Origin: Lingula anatina
Lineage: Eukaryota > Animalia > Brachiopoda
Length of the DNA stretch: 64,000 nt
Direction of reading: 5' to 3'
Assembly (NCBI GenBank): GCA_051362555.1
Contig: CM120640.1
Location: 68,302,788-68,366,787, forward strand
Position 1 is the stretch's first letter; every line of letters starts with the position of its first letter. Both the position numbers and the translations under genes were made by a program. Positions 1-9,895 of the stretch are shown piece by piece. Under the pieces are notes generated by a model that saw nothing but the letters and a program-made list of their open reading frames with translations, ran no database searches and was not told the origin of the DNA.

Positions 1-934
1 GACCAGATTGTTGACTTGAAGCTGAAAGATGAGTGGGCAGACAAATGTGTTCCCAGCGGAGGGTTTGTGGAGAACAAAGACCAGCTTGGAAGACGAAATG
101 GGAATGGTATGAGATTTGTTTAACTTTTTTCTCCTTGTAGATCTGCAACCTCTGTTAATCTTTATTTTGGTAATTATTCTTGTGATTAATTAAATGTACA
201 GATGCACTTATACAACGTCCCATGTTTATTTCATGGGGGATATGTTTCATTTTATTTTTAAAAAGCAGGAAAATAGGAGAAAATGTATTTTTGTATTGTC
301 TTTCAGCTCCAAACGAAAAAATGGCTGAAGTTCTAACAAAAACTATGCAAGAAGCTAAGGATATGGTATCAAAGAAGTTGGCAAAACAAGGGGTCTGTAT
401 GACTCAGGCTAAAGTAAAAGAAGCAATAGACATTTTACGTGGAGCAGTAATGATAGTGTATCCAATGAACTTGCCTCCACACGATCCAATCAGAATGGAG
501 TTTGAGAATACTGAAGATTTGGAGGGAACACAGGTGTGTTATTAGACCTACCTGTATAATTGGTCATTTTAATCGTTTGATTCTCTTTAGTCTTTATTTC
601 TCATGATATCTTTAACTAAAATGTTAGTAAGAAACTTTACTTTGAATGTACTGTTAAGCATCTAATTAATTTTCATGAAAGGCAAATAAAACATTATATG
701 CTTTTTTTTAATGGAAAAGTTGAGGAGAGAGGTACATGTATTTTAGTTCAAAATTCATAATTTATACCAGGCTGGCCAGGAAGTGTTTTTAGAATCTAAT
801 GCATCTTTATGGTGGGCTGGAAAGGAACTGCAGAGAGGAAAAAAGTTGATGGATTTTGTTGGCAAGAATGAAAAAACAACCATTGTAGCTAAATTACAAA
901 AGGTAAAAAGATATCTTTTTATTTTAATCTCCCT

Positions 935-978
<44 letters not shown>

Positions 979-2103
979 TTTTGAAATAATTTTCATCTTT
1001 CAGAAAACTAATGAACATTATTCCATGACTGATGTCAAGTAACAGCTAATAATGAACTTATTCTTTTAATCAAGGACGTATAAGACAGTTTTGATAAACT
1101 GTGATAAAAGGATGACACTTATAACCAAAATGGATAGATCTCTGTGCTCTTTTTTGAGAAAGAAAGGTAAAGATATGTGCTTTGACTTAGTTTTGACTGC
1201 ATCATAAACCCCCTTCCTCCAATCATTGTTTATGTTTATTTCCTAGAGAGGACTTGGTGCCCCTGCCAGAGAACCAGTAGTGAGTGAGGAGGAACAGAAA
1301 GCCATGATGGCCCATTATTATAGGAAACAAGAGGAGGCAAAGGTACTTCATCTTATGATTTGAATAATATTCATATATTTTTCTAAAATTCATTTATTTC
1401 TTTGACAATTTTTTTTATTATTTTCATTTACAGTATTCTTGTTGCATGTTGGTTTTATTTCTTTGTTATTGTTATTATTATATCTTATTCATTTATTTCT
1501 TTTATTGTTGGGGCAGTCTTTATCAATCATGTTCACACAAATATTAGATTTTGTTCTATAAAAAAGCATGGAAATGCCTCCCCTATCAGGCCCGTAGCCA
1601 GCAATTTCAAAAGGGGGGTTCTTTTTCTGAAAAAGTGGACCTTTTTTTCTATAAAAACTTCATGTACCTAGATCAAATTTTACCCAGAGTGGACCTTTTC
1701 CCAGCAAAAAGGGCAGTTCTTTCGAACCCCCCGAACCCCCCCCTGGCTACGGGCCTGCCTATACTGAACTTCACAATATCTCAAACCCCCCTTTTTCTTC
1801 TGACACATATCAAACCTCAGTTGATGGTAATCATTTTTTACCTCTTTTGTTAAGATGACAGGTCAGAAACAAAATGTTTTTACAATATATCAAAATACAT
1901 GCTATTTTATTTTGAATATATAATGCTTAAATGATATATGATAAGACTTATCAATGGCTCAATCTATATTTTCTTTATCAATTTTTCAGAAATTGGAGGC
2001 AGCTGATGAGGATTCTTACTTAGATGCTAAGTGGGCAGATAATAATGAGCTCAAAAGACAATTCCAAGGATTGAAAGACATCAAATGGGGTGGCCCTCGG
2101 TGA
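1..2103 (+). CDS. CFAP298: Cilia- and flagella-associated protein 298 (C21orf59/kurly), 5'-truncated by the window edge; exons <1-106, 307-533, 771-902, 1247-1342, 1990-2103
   Basis: GT-AG splicing keeps frame and gives ...DLKLKDEWADKCVPSGG..GRRNGNAPNEKM..LRGAVMIVYPMNLPPHDPIRMEFEN..LWWAGKEL..GAPAREP..WADNNELKRQFQGLKDIKWGGPR*, matching the recalled C-terminal two-thirds of vertebrate CFAP298; TGA at 2101-2103; AATAAA at 2280-2285. Confidence 0.95.
936..975. repeat. poly-T tract (40 nt) in a CFAP298 intron
   Basis: Direct homopolymer run. Confidence 0.9.
1587..1757. mobile_element. 171-bp MITE with 15-bp perfect TIR and 5-bp TSD (hAT-like CAGG termini) in the last CFAP298 intron
   Basis: Left end CAGGCCCGTAGCCAG, right end CTGGCTACGGGCCTG; CCTAT directly flanks both sides (1582-1586, 1758-1762). 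Confidence 0.85.
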
Positions 2104-2892
2104 CAAAACTGCAGTTCTTACAGCTCATAAATTGTTGCTGCTCAGTATCTTCAGTGTTATACATAAGTCATGAAAATATCTGGGGAAATTACACTAATGC
2201 CTACTTTCACCAGTGTAAAAAAAATATGAAAACTGTCATTATAAACAACAGGATATTGCCTGAGGAGGCAATACATTTCAATAAACCAGTGTTTGACTGT
2301 GTAAACAAAGAAAATACTCACCTGTATGATTGTCACCTCTATCACTTTTAAAATGTTTGCATACTTTAAATGGGCTTGCAACATTTTTTCCCTTGTTTGA
2401 TTGCCTGCAAGACCTTAATGTGAAGAAAGCTCTATTTTGTATTTAAATGAACAAGGAAGGAAAAACATCCTTAATGCAGGAATAGTGAAGGTTCCCTTCA
2501 TACAGTTGTTGTTGCCCATTCATTTATTATGATGTCCACAACAGTTACGACAATCTTGTCACAGTCTCCACATGTATAATGACCAATCCAGTTGTTCTGT
2601 TTCATGTTTGTATGTTAGATGTAGTTGTGTGAAAAATGTTAGATGATGTAAATGTTCATTTTCCAAGAGATTTTCATACCTGTTCCTTTTTTCTGTTACA
2701 AAAACATTGCTAATGTTATCTAAAGTAATTTCAAAAGAGACCAGAAGTTGACTGCTTACAAGCTATTGTAAATGGGTAATAGTCAGTGTCATAGGGGCTT
2801 AGCAAAGTAATGAGTGGAATAATGTTGACTTAAAGTTCTTTCATTTTGAAAGTCATATAGTTTTGTTTTAAGTTAATATATGGGGTAATAAT

Positions 2893-2895
<3 letters not shown>

Positions 2896-2934
<39 letters not shown>
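2896..2934. repeat. poly-A tract (39 nt)
   Basis: Direct homopolymer run. Confidence 0.9.
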
Positions 2935-2936
<2 letters not shown>

Positions 2937-3708
2937 CACTGACTAAATACTTTCTGCATGCCCAAGAGGTTAACATTAATGGAAAATTGTCTTAGCACAA
3001 TGAAAACGAAGATTAAAATCTCAACCAAACCATACTTCTAATTCTGTGGTTAATCAATGGTGTAAGATGAGTTTTATCCCTTGACACCCATTCCTTTCTC
3101 ATTATGTCACATTTCTATTATGTCAATGTACATGAATGAAAAAATAATTGTCTCAGTCTCTCAGAGAAAGAACTTTAAATTCTTGTCACTGAATAAAATT
3201 GTAATCACTGGCTTTTTCATCTTTTGCGGAAATACGAAGTGCGCATGACAGGAACCGCGCGCCACAGGGGTCATAGTGGTCCTCTGCTGTTTCCAGCATG
3301 GCTATGCTAGGTGTAGATGATGTACAAGGTGCGCATATAAAAAGGTCGTATGAAGCGTGCATTGCTTTCTGTCAAACTAAAAAGGTGGCTGAAGCACAGA
3401 AATGCGTAAACTGTAGGCAAGAAACAGCTATTTGGACGGAGAATCAAGCAATTAAATATTTTCTTTCTCAGTTTAGATACGATGCGCTTTACAACTAGAC
3501 TTCACCTAAGCGTCCGAGCCTTGGCTATGGGCGGCCAAGAGGGCAAAAATTCATGTCGTCGATTCAGTTATGTTTCGTCGATTCACTGCCTTCCCATCGA
3601 TTCAGTTTCAAGTTTAAACGATCCTGTCATAAATTCAACATCTACTTTCGTCAATTCAATTGTCAAACATTTCTCATCTATGGTGTATTAAAACCAATGC
3701 TGTCACTA

Positions 3709-3838
3709 TTTTCGTCGATCGTGTAACTAATCTCGTCGATCGTCAAACTGTTTTCGTCGATCGTGTAACTATTCTCGTCGATCGTCTAATCTCGTCGATC
3801 GTGTAACTATTCTCATCGATCGTCTCATCGATCGATCG
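3709..3838. repeat. CpG-rich minisatellite, about 21-bp unit built on TCGTCGATCG
   Basis: About 7 copies of TC(G/A)TCGATCG separated by TGTAACTA(A/T)TC or TCAAACTGTTT spacers. Confidence 0.8.
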
Positions 3839-4121
3839 CCAGAGGGCGCTGCGGTAGCAACACGTGCTTCTGTCTGTCAATCACGCGGTAATTTTTAACT
3901 CGGCCAGCCATGGTCAGAGTTGGGGCCGTAGCGATAGTCCGAAGGTTCAATAGTCCGAAGGTTCAATGGTCCGAATGTGCATTGAAGGTTCATTGGTCCG
4001 AAGGTTCGATAGTCCGAAGGTTCATTGGTCCGAAGGTTCATTAGTCCGAAGGTTCGATAGTCCGAAGGTTCGATAGTCCGAATGTAGGCCCGCTGTATAA
4101 GTGTATAGTGAATTACATGTA

Positions 4122-4231
4122 CAGGGGCGGATCCAAGATTATTTGAAGGGGGGTCCGCGGTTGCAAAGCCCCCACCCCCCTTGGCGTAGGATCTGGGGCC
4201 CGCTAAAGGGCCCCGAAAATTGTTGGTGTCT
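4122..4231 (+). mobile_element. Truncated MITE fragment (CAGGGGCGGATCC terminus) nested in the foldback element
   Basis: CAGGGGCGGATCCAAGATTATTTGAAGGGG nearly matches the reverse complement of 48757-48787. Confidence 0.65.
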
Positions 4232-4306
4232 CAAAATGACCACCTATTTATCTAGAGACACATCTGTGAATATCTGTAAAAAATCTATCAGTCGCCCTGG
4301 TAGAGG
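4232..4306 (+). mobile_element. Solo TIR fragment of the 9428-9895 MITE family
   Basis: CAAAATGACCA..CTAGAGACACATCTGTGAATATCTGTAAAAAATCTATCAGTCGCCCTGGTAGAGG is near-identical to 9818-9892. Confidence 0.8.
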
Positions 4307-4639
4307 TTTTAAAAGTTAGGTCTGCACGGGCAAAAATAACGTCAATACTAGCATATTACATTAGTTACAAAAAAAAAAAAAAAGAAAAAACAGATCTTGA
4401 TGTTTTTCATGGGATTGGAAGTTGACGATATTTAACTGCAAAGGTTTATTTTGTAAAATCAAATGGAAATTTTCTCACGAGTCACAAGTGTATCTACTTT
4501 TTGCAGAGTACGTTTTTCTTCGTTTAAATGAATTTGTTACAAAGACAGCATTTTTGATGTTGTTCATCAGATTAGAAGTTTAACTGTTTTAGAATATTTC
4601 AACATGTTCAAACTGCCTTCTCACTTGTATTTTACGTTT

Positions 4640-4641
4640 AA

Positions 4642-4680
<39 letters not shown>

Positions 4681-4683
4681 ATA
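4640..4683. repeat. (AATA)n microsatellite
   Basis: About 11 perfect tetranucleotide units. Confidence 0.9.
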
Positions 4684-4968
4684 GGCCCACCGGGTTGATA
4701 TGGCGTTGCCACATTTCTATTCAGATTATAAATGTTTCAGCACCTTCAGTATTGGTGGGGAAGAGGGGGTGGAATTAAATATGTATTACTATTTGTGGAT
4801 ATTTGAGCATTGTATTCTGATACAATTTTTATGTTTAAAGGCCTAGTAAGGGAAAAGCTTGTTTTCGTAAATGCTCGTAATTTTTGTTTATATGCCAAGT
4901 TTACACTCCAGTTAATTCATCCTCATCCCTATGAGTAATAGGCCTACAATACTGCTGGCGGAACGGCT

Positions 4969-5008
<40 letters not shown>

Positions 5009-7645
5009 GGGGGGGGGGTGGGGGGGGAGGGGAGGGGAGTGGGCTGTGCGAACAACAACATAGTTTGTTTGGAAATGCAATTATTCTATAACTTTTACAT
5101 AATTTAAGAAATGTGTAGGTTAGAAGAATTTGAATTCTAATCATAGTATCTTAAGACATCGTAAGAAAATGTCATTATAGGCGTCCTCTCATTTTATGCG
5201 TTCCAATCTTTATTCAATATTTCATGTGAAACATGTATGGTGTTCATGAGTTGGAAAGGGTAGCCATTGCATATCCCCAAACTTCCCCACATTGTAAAGA
5301 GTAGTTCACGGAAACAATACGACCTATATGGATAATTTTCACGTGCGTTTCGGTCGCACTCAAAACGAAATGATAAAGATTCTAGAAGCTGAGTTCACAC
5401 GAAAGTTAATCACCCCCTAGCAGCTCCAGGATTGCTAATCTGATTGCATACAGTGAGAATCCTGGTGGAGTTGGATCAATCTACGTAGAATGATAGTTTC
5501 GTTGGGAACGCACCCTTAGATTCCGTTTGTAATTATAATTCTTAAAATCGAAGAACATCTTAAAATGTTTCGGACTATCGAACCTTCGGACTAATGAACC
5601 TTCGGACTATCGAACCTTCGGACTAATGAACCTTCGGACCAATGGACCTTTAATTTTCGGACTAATGAACCTTCGGACCAATGAACCTTTTTGTTGAAAA
5701 TCTGATGAAAAATTTACGAATTTTCGGACCAATGAACCTTCGGACCAATGAACCTTCGGACTATCGAGACGCCCCCGTGGCGATATCACCTCATTTACCG
5801 GCAGTGTCAATTCATTACGATTTTTATGTCTTGTTTGAAGGATATCTTAATAGATTTTTAAAGTGATAAAATGAAAAGATTTCCTGCGTTGTTTGACTCG
5901 TAGCTACTGTGTATACAGGTAAAACTGACACGCAGATCGTTCGTCGGTGAACTGATTAAATCGTTTGGTACCTGATGAGGCATCAGGTGTTACTTGTTCA
6001 ATTGTTCGGTAAGGCGGGCGGCCACAACTACGACCTTTCCTCTGTAATTAAAACCTTTTAAGTGTTAAATAGGTGAGACAGGAATTCTCGACTCTTTCCC
6101 AGACGATAATTAAAGTTTACCGTGTCTTACTCTAGTATATGTACAAAATTTACGACAGGTAAAAAATGTCAGCCTTTCGGTCTGACAAGTATGAAAATTT
6201 TGTCAAACTGAAACAAAAACAAAGTTATAGCAAGAGGCCAAATTATTTGATTTTTAAATGTTTTCATGCGTATTTTCATCGTTTTCAATCACAGACAATT
6301 AAATCATCCAAATAAAGTGTTTCCCACACATTTAAATTCATACTTTTCAACTATCTAAGACAGTTAAATATACGTAGGCCTACTTTAATACTAAGCATAT
6401 TTGTATTACTTTACAAATACGTTGTTGGATTATGTTTATTATCCATTTTGTCTTTACCATACATGTAGACTATCATGTACGTGTAGCTTACAGAAAGGCT
6501 TTTCTGCATTTTTTGTATTTTCCAATTCTCTTGTCATTGAGTTCAAAAATAAATAACTTTTTATTTCGCCGATAACGCGTTCAACAAGAGCCGATGTACT
6601 TTCTTCTTCGTATGTCTCTGTTGATCTTGATAATATGAGCCCCGTTTGTACAAATCAGTAATAGCCTACGTATACGGGACTGAATACATAATAATAAAAA
6701 TTTTATTAACGTCTCACGTTAAAAAAAATAGAACCCACCCTGCTGAGGGTTATTAGAGACTAAAACCTGTGATGGGCCTACAACATTTAAAATGATCACT
6801 TATCAATAAAACACACACAAAAAGGATATTACATACAAAACTTTTCAAACCTTCTCTTTGTTGTTGCACAAAAAGTCGTGAAAGTTCTTGAATTTTTTGT
6901 AAGTAGAATCCCCGTGTAAAACTTCACAGCTTTTACTTTCTTTTTCCATAATCTCATGCTTGAAGTCTTTTCTTAATTTTTAGGCCCCGGCCTATTCTTC
7001 AATTTTTTCTTCAAATCTTTATAATGTTTTTTTTTCTCGCATTTTTTACCCCCGAGTTCTATTTGCCGATAGTTCGTTATATCCGTTGTTTAACTAAGCA
7101 TTTCTGTTTTTTATAAAGCACCGTTGATCTCCTAATAGTATAGTTTTTCTTCCCGCCTTCGAAATGTTCAGCGCAAACGCGGTGCCCTGCTTTTGATCCA
7201 AACCTGCTATATTTTCCTTTCTTTCTACCATATTTTTCATTCTAACGGGTTTGTTGGGAACTTATTAAACCTCATGTGTCGATCTCGCTTACTGTTATTG
7301 TAGTAGCGGGACAAAAAGCACGTAAACCCAGCCATGGTTTTTAGCACCGCTGTAAGTGTTTCGACGTAGCAGGGCTCCCCTAACCACAATGCAATTTCCA
7401 TTTCCGGAAAAGATGAAAAAGGCTAAATGGTATCAAAACAGGATTAGTGCTGTATAGGGCCCTCGTGTACTGTCCTAATACTGTGGTCCAAATAAAGCTT
7501 GTGGAAATTCTATTTCATATTGCACAGGGATAAAAATTGACGTTAGTACAAGTTTTATGACATGTCACAGGATTTCCCTGCAGGGTTTGTTGAAATCACT
7601 TTCTATATACTGTTCATTGTTGGGAGCAGTGAATAAGTCACCTAT

Positions 7646-8797
7646 ATGATCCCAGTGATGAAGGCTACCAAGAGGATTGGAATTTCAATTCTGTATCTGT
7701 GCACTGCAGCTGTGATTTTAGTGATAATTGCGATGTACAAGAAAGTGGGGACTATTTCAGTACACCAAAAGCCACTTAGCAGAAAAACCAGCATCTACAA
7801 CAGCACTGAAGTATTACCTGGTAAAAAAGTTATTCTGTTTTGGAACGATGAAAGAAAGCTTCTTCCATTTCAACCAGATCAAAACGTGGAGATATTTCAG
7901 AACTGTTCTGTAAGTGATTGTCTTTTTACGCACAATCACTCTTTTGTCAAACATGCTGCAGCCATCCTATTTCTCATCCCTCTTGCTGATATTTCTGTCC
8001 ACAAATGGCCCCCTAAGAAGAATCATCAAAGATGGGTGTTCTGGACAAGAGAACCCCCCTGCTACATTAACCCCTTCCCATCATCCCAGTGGCATGGACT
8101 AGAACAAAGCATCAACTGGACATTGACATACAAAAAAAATGCAGATATCCATGCACCATATGGCATAGTTGTACCCAGAGTTAAACCTTTGAACAGAACA
8201 TTTCTGGATGTGGCAAAGAGAAAAACCAAATTAGCATTTGCTATGATAAGCCACTGCAAAACTGGGAGTGAGAGATCAAGTTACATAAAACTCCTGAGAA
8301 AATATATGCCTGTTGATGTATACGGGAGTTGTGGTGAAATGGGAAAGAGAAATAGCACCGAGTACAATTCCTTATTTGGCAAGTATAAATTTTATTTGGC
8401 ATTTGAGAATAACTTCCTGAAGGAATATCTCACGGAGAAGTTTTTTAATACAGTCGATTACGACGTAGTGGCAGTCACCAGAGGTGGGGCAAACTACAGT
8501 GATCTGGGTATTAAACCAGAGTGGCATATTGACACTCAGGACTTCTCTTCTCCTAAAGAACTGGCTCAGTATTTGTTACGCTTGGACAAGAATGACACCC
8601 TCTATGCACAGCACCTCCTATGGAAGAATTATTATCAGATCCCTCCTGGTTGGTCATGGACTACCAATTTGTTGTGTACTCTGTGCAGTAAAGTGCACAA
8701 TACTTCTGAACCTATCAAGTGGTACACAAAACAACAGCTCATCCAGAACTTTTATGAACCTTGGTGCCAGAAGCCGAATGATCTTCCTGATCACTAG
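7646..8797 (+). CDS. Alpha-(1,3/1,4)-fucosyltransferase, glycosyltransferase family 10, type II membrane protein, single coding exon, 383 aa
   Basis: Uninterrupted ORF; N-terminal signal-anchor (IGISILYLCTAAVILVIIAMY); GT10 motifs QRWVFWTREPP, INWTLTYKKNADI, ISHC..R..Y, VDVYGSCG, YKFYLAFEN..EYLTEKF, IDTQDFSSPKELAQYL..LDKNDTLY, CTLC; AATAAA at 9073-9078. Confidence 0.93.
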   Translation: MIPVMKATKRIGISILYLCTAAVILVIIAMYKKVGTISVHQKPLSRKTSIYNSTEVLPGKKVILFWNDERKLLPFQPDQNVEIFQNCSVSDCLFTHNHSFVKHAAAILFLIPLADISVHKWPPKKNHQRWVFWTREPPCYINPFPSSQWHGLEQSINWTLTYKKNADIHAPYGIVVPRVKPLNRTFLDVAKRKTKLAFAMISHCKTGSERSSYIKLLRKYMPVDVYGSCGEMGKRNSTEYNSLFGKYKFYLAFENNFLKEYLTEKFFNTVDYDVVAVTRGGANYSDLGIKPEWHIDTQDFSSPKELAQYLLRLDKNDTLYAQHLLWKNYYQIPPGWSWTTNLLCTLCSKVHNTSEPIKWYTKQQLIQNFYEPWCQKPNDLPDH

Positions 8798-9427
8798 CTG
8801 ATGAAATAGGATGCACAGTAGCACGCATCATGTGATATTTTGAGAATTTCAAAAACTTTAAATTAATATATACTTGTATGACTCAAGAGAACAATAGTTG
8901 GAAAGGTGAAATTTGCAAAAGGAGAATATCCATATGGTTAAATGAGCGTGGTGGAGTGTGTTGATCTGTATCAACATGCCTGGTATCAAAAACATAACAA
9001 AGAAGTGTATCTAAAATAATGTTATTCATATAATACAAGATGGCAGTAAAACTGCAGTTATTTTATATATATAATAAATGATCTGATGGAAGATACATAC
9101 AAACTTGACTTAAATATGAACACTTATCATACAATGAGGTAAAATTCTAAATATCTCTTTGTACTTTAAAAAATGTCTTAAGAGTTTTTAAAAGGCACTA
9201 GCATAATAGGGATTAGTTCTGTTGGTTTTATTGTTTGCTCACCTAGCGACTTGTTTCACACATTGGCAATTTCAATATACATGCAAAAGCAAGAAATAAT
9301 TTTCATTAGAATAATAGGCCTTAACGAATATGAAAACAAGATCATGGTGCCATACTGACCTATGAATTGGATATTGCCTCTGACTCCTGAATGCATCATG
9401 TATTTTGTTTGACATATGGGCTCAAAG

Positions 9428-9895
9428 TACCCTCTACCAGGGCGACTGATAGATTTTTTGACAGATATTCACATATGTCTCTAGATAGATAGATAGATGG
9501 TCATTTTGGTCTGAAGTCACCCTGTTGAGAAATCCCATGTGGAAACAATTATCTCTGCGCGCGCGCCAAAGGCTTTGTACTCGCTCTGCATGAGCTGAGC
9601 TTCACAACGATGTGATAACTGCTCGTTACGCAACCAGTCTAAGGCTTTTTTATCTGTCACAGAAGAGCAAGTGATTAAAGTCAGAGCAATTAACTGTCTT
9701 GATTGCTGTCACGCAGACTTAAACTGGACCTGCTAAGTGGCAGTGCCTGAGCAGTTATGCAAACAATTACCAGGCATGTAATCAGCCTTGAGATTTCTCT
9801 ACAGGGTGACTTCAGACCAAAATGACCATCTATCTAGCTAGAGACATATCTGTGAATATCTGTGAAAAATCTATCAGTCGCCCTGGTAGAGGGTA
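9428..9895. mobile_element. 468-bp MITE with about 105-bp TIRs, TA termini and 9-bp TSD
   Basis: Left TACCCTCTACCAGGGCGACTGATAGA...GTCACCCTGT, right ...TCTATCAGTCGCCCTGGTAGAGGGTA; GGCTCAAAG at 9419-9427 and 9896-9904. Confidence 0.9.

Larger units (their letters stand above)
3922..5776. mobile_element. Foldback-like (modular-TIR) non-autonomous DNA transposon, about 1.85 kb
   Basis: Left end GGGGCCGTAGCGATAG followed by about 9 tandem 16-bp units (GATAGTCCGAAGGTTC and variants, 3933-4082); right end has the reverse-complement units (5569-5765) and CTATCGAGACGCCCCC. No TSD or transposase visible. Confidence 0.8.

Noticed and set aside
1402-1853. ORFs of 89 and 100 aa in the CFAP298 intron
   Set aside because: Low-complexity intron sequence plus MITE; no homology motif.
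3298-3691. Two short plus-strand ORFs in CpG-rich DNA with a TATA-like TATAAAA near 3336
   Set aside because: No recognisable domain, splice structure or RNA-gene motif.
3933-4082. Regular short repeats resembling a CRISPR array (also 5569-5765 and 3709-3838)
   Set aside because: Units are contiguous with no unique spacers, occur as inverted arms of one element, and there are no cas genes; eukaryotic context.
5607-5866. Repetitive ORFs (GSLVRRFISPK-like)
   Set aside because: Translation of the 16-bp TIR units.
6700-7500. Possible further transposon upstream of the fucosyltransferase
   Set aside because: CpG-rich, but I could not pair terminal inverted repeats or find a TSD.
9428-9895. Tc1/mariner (TA TSD) classification of this MITE
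   Set aside because: An exact 9-bp duplication lies outside the TA dinucleotides.
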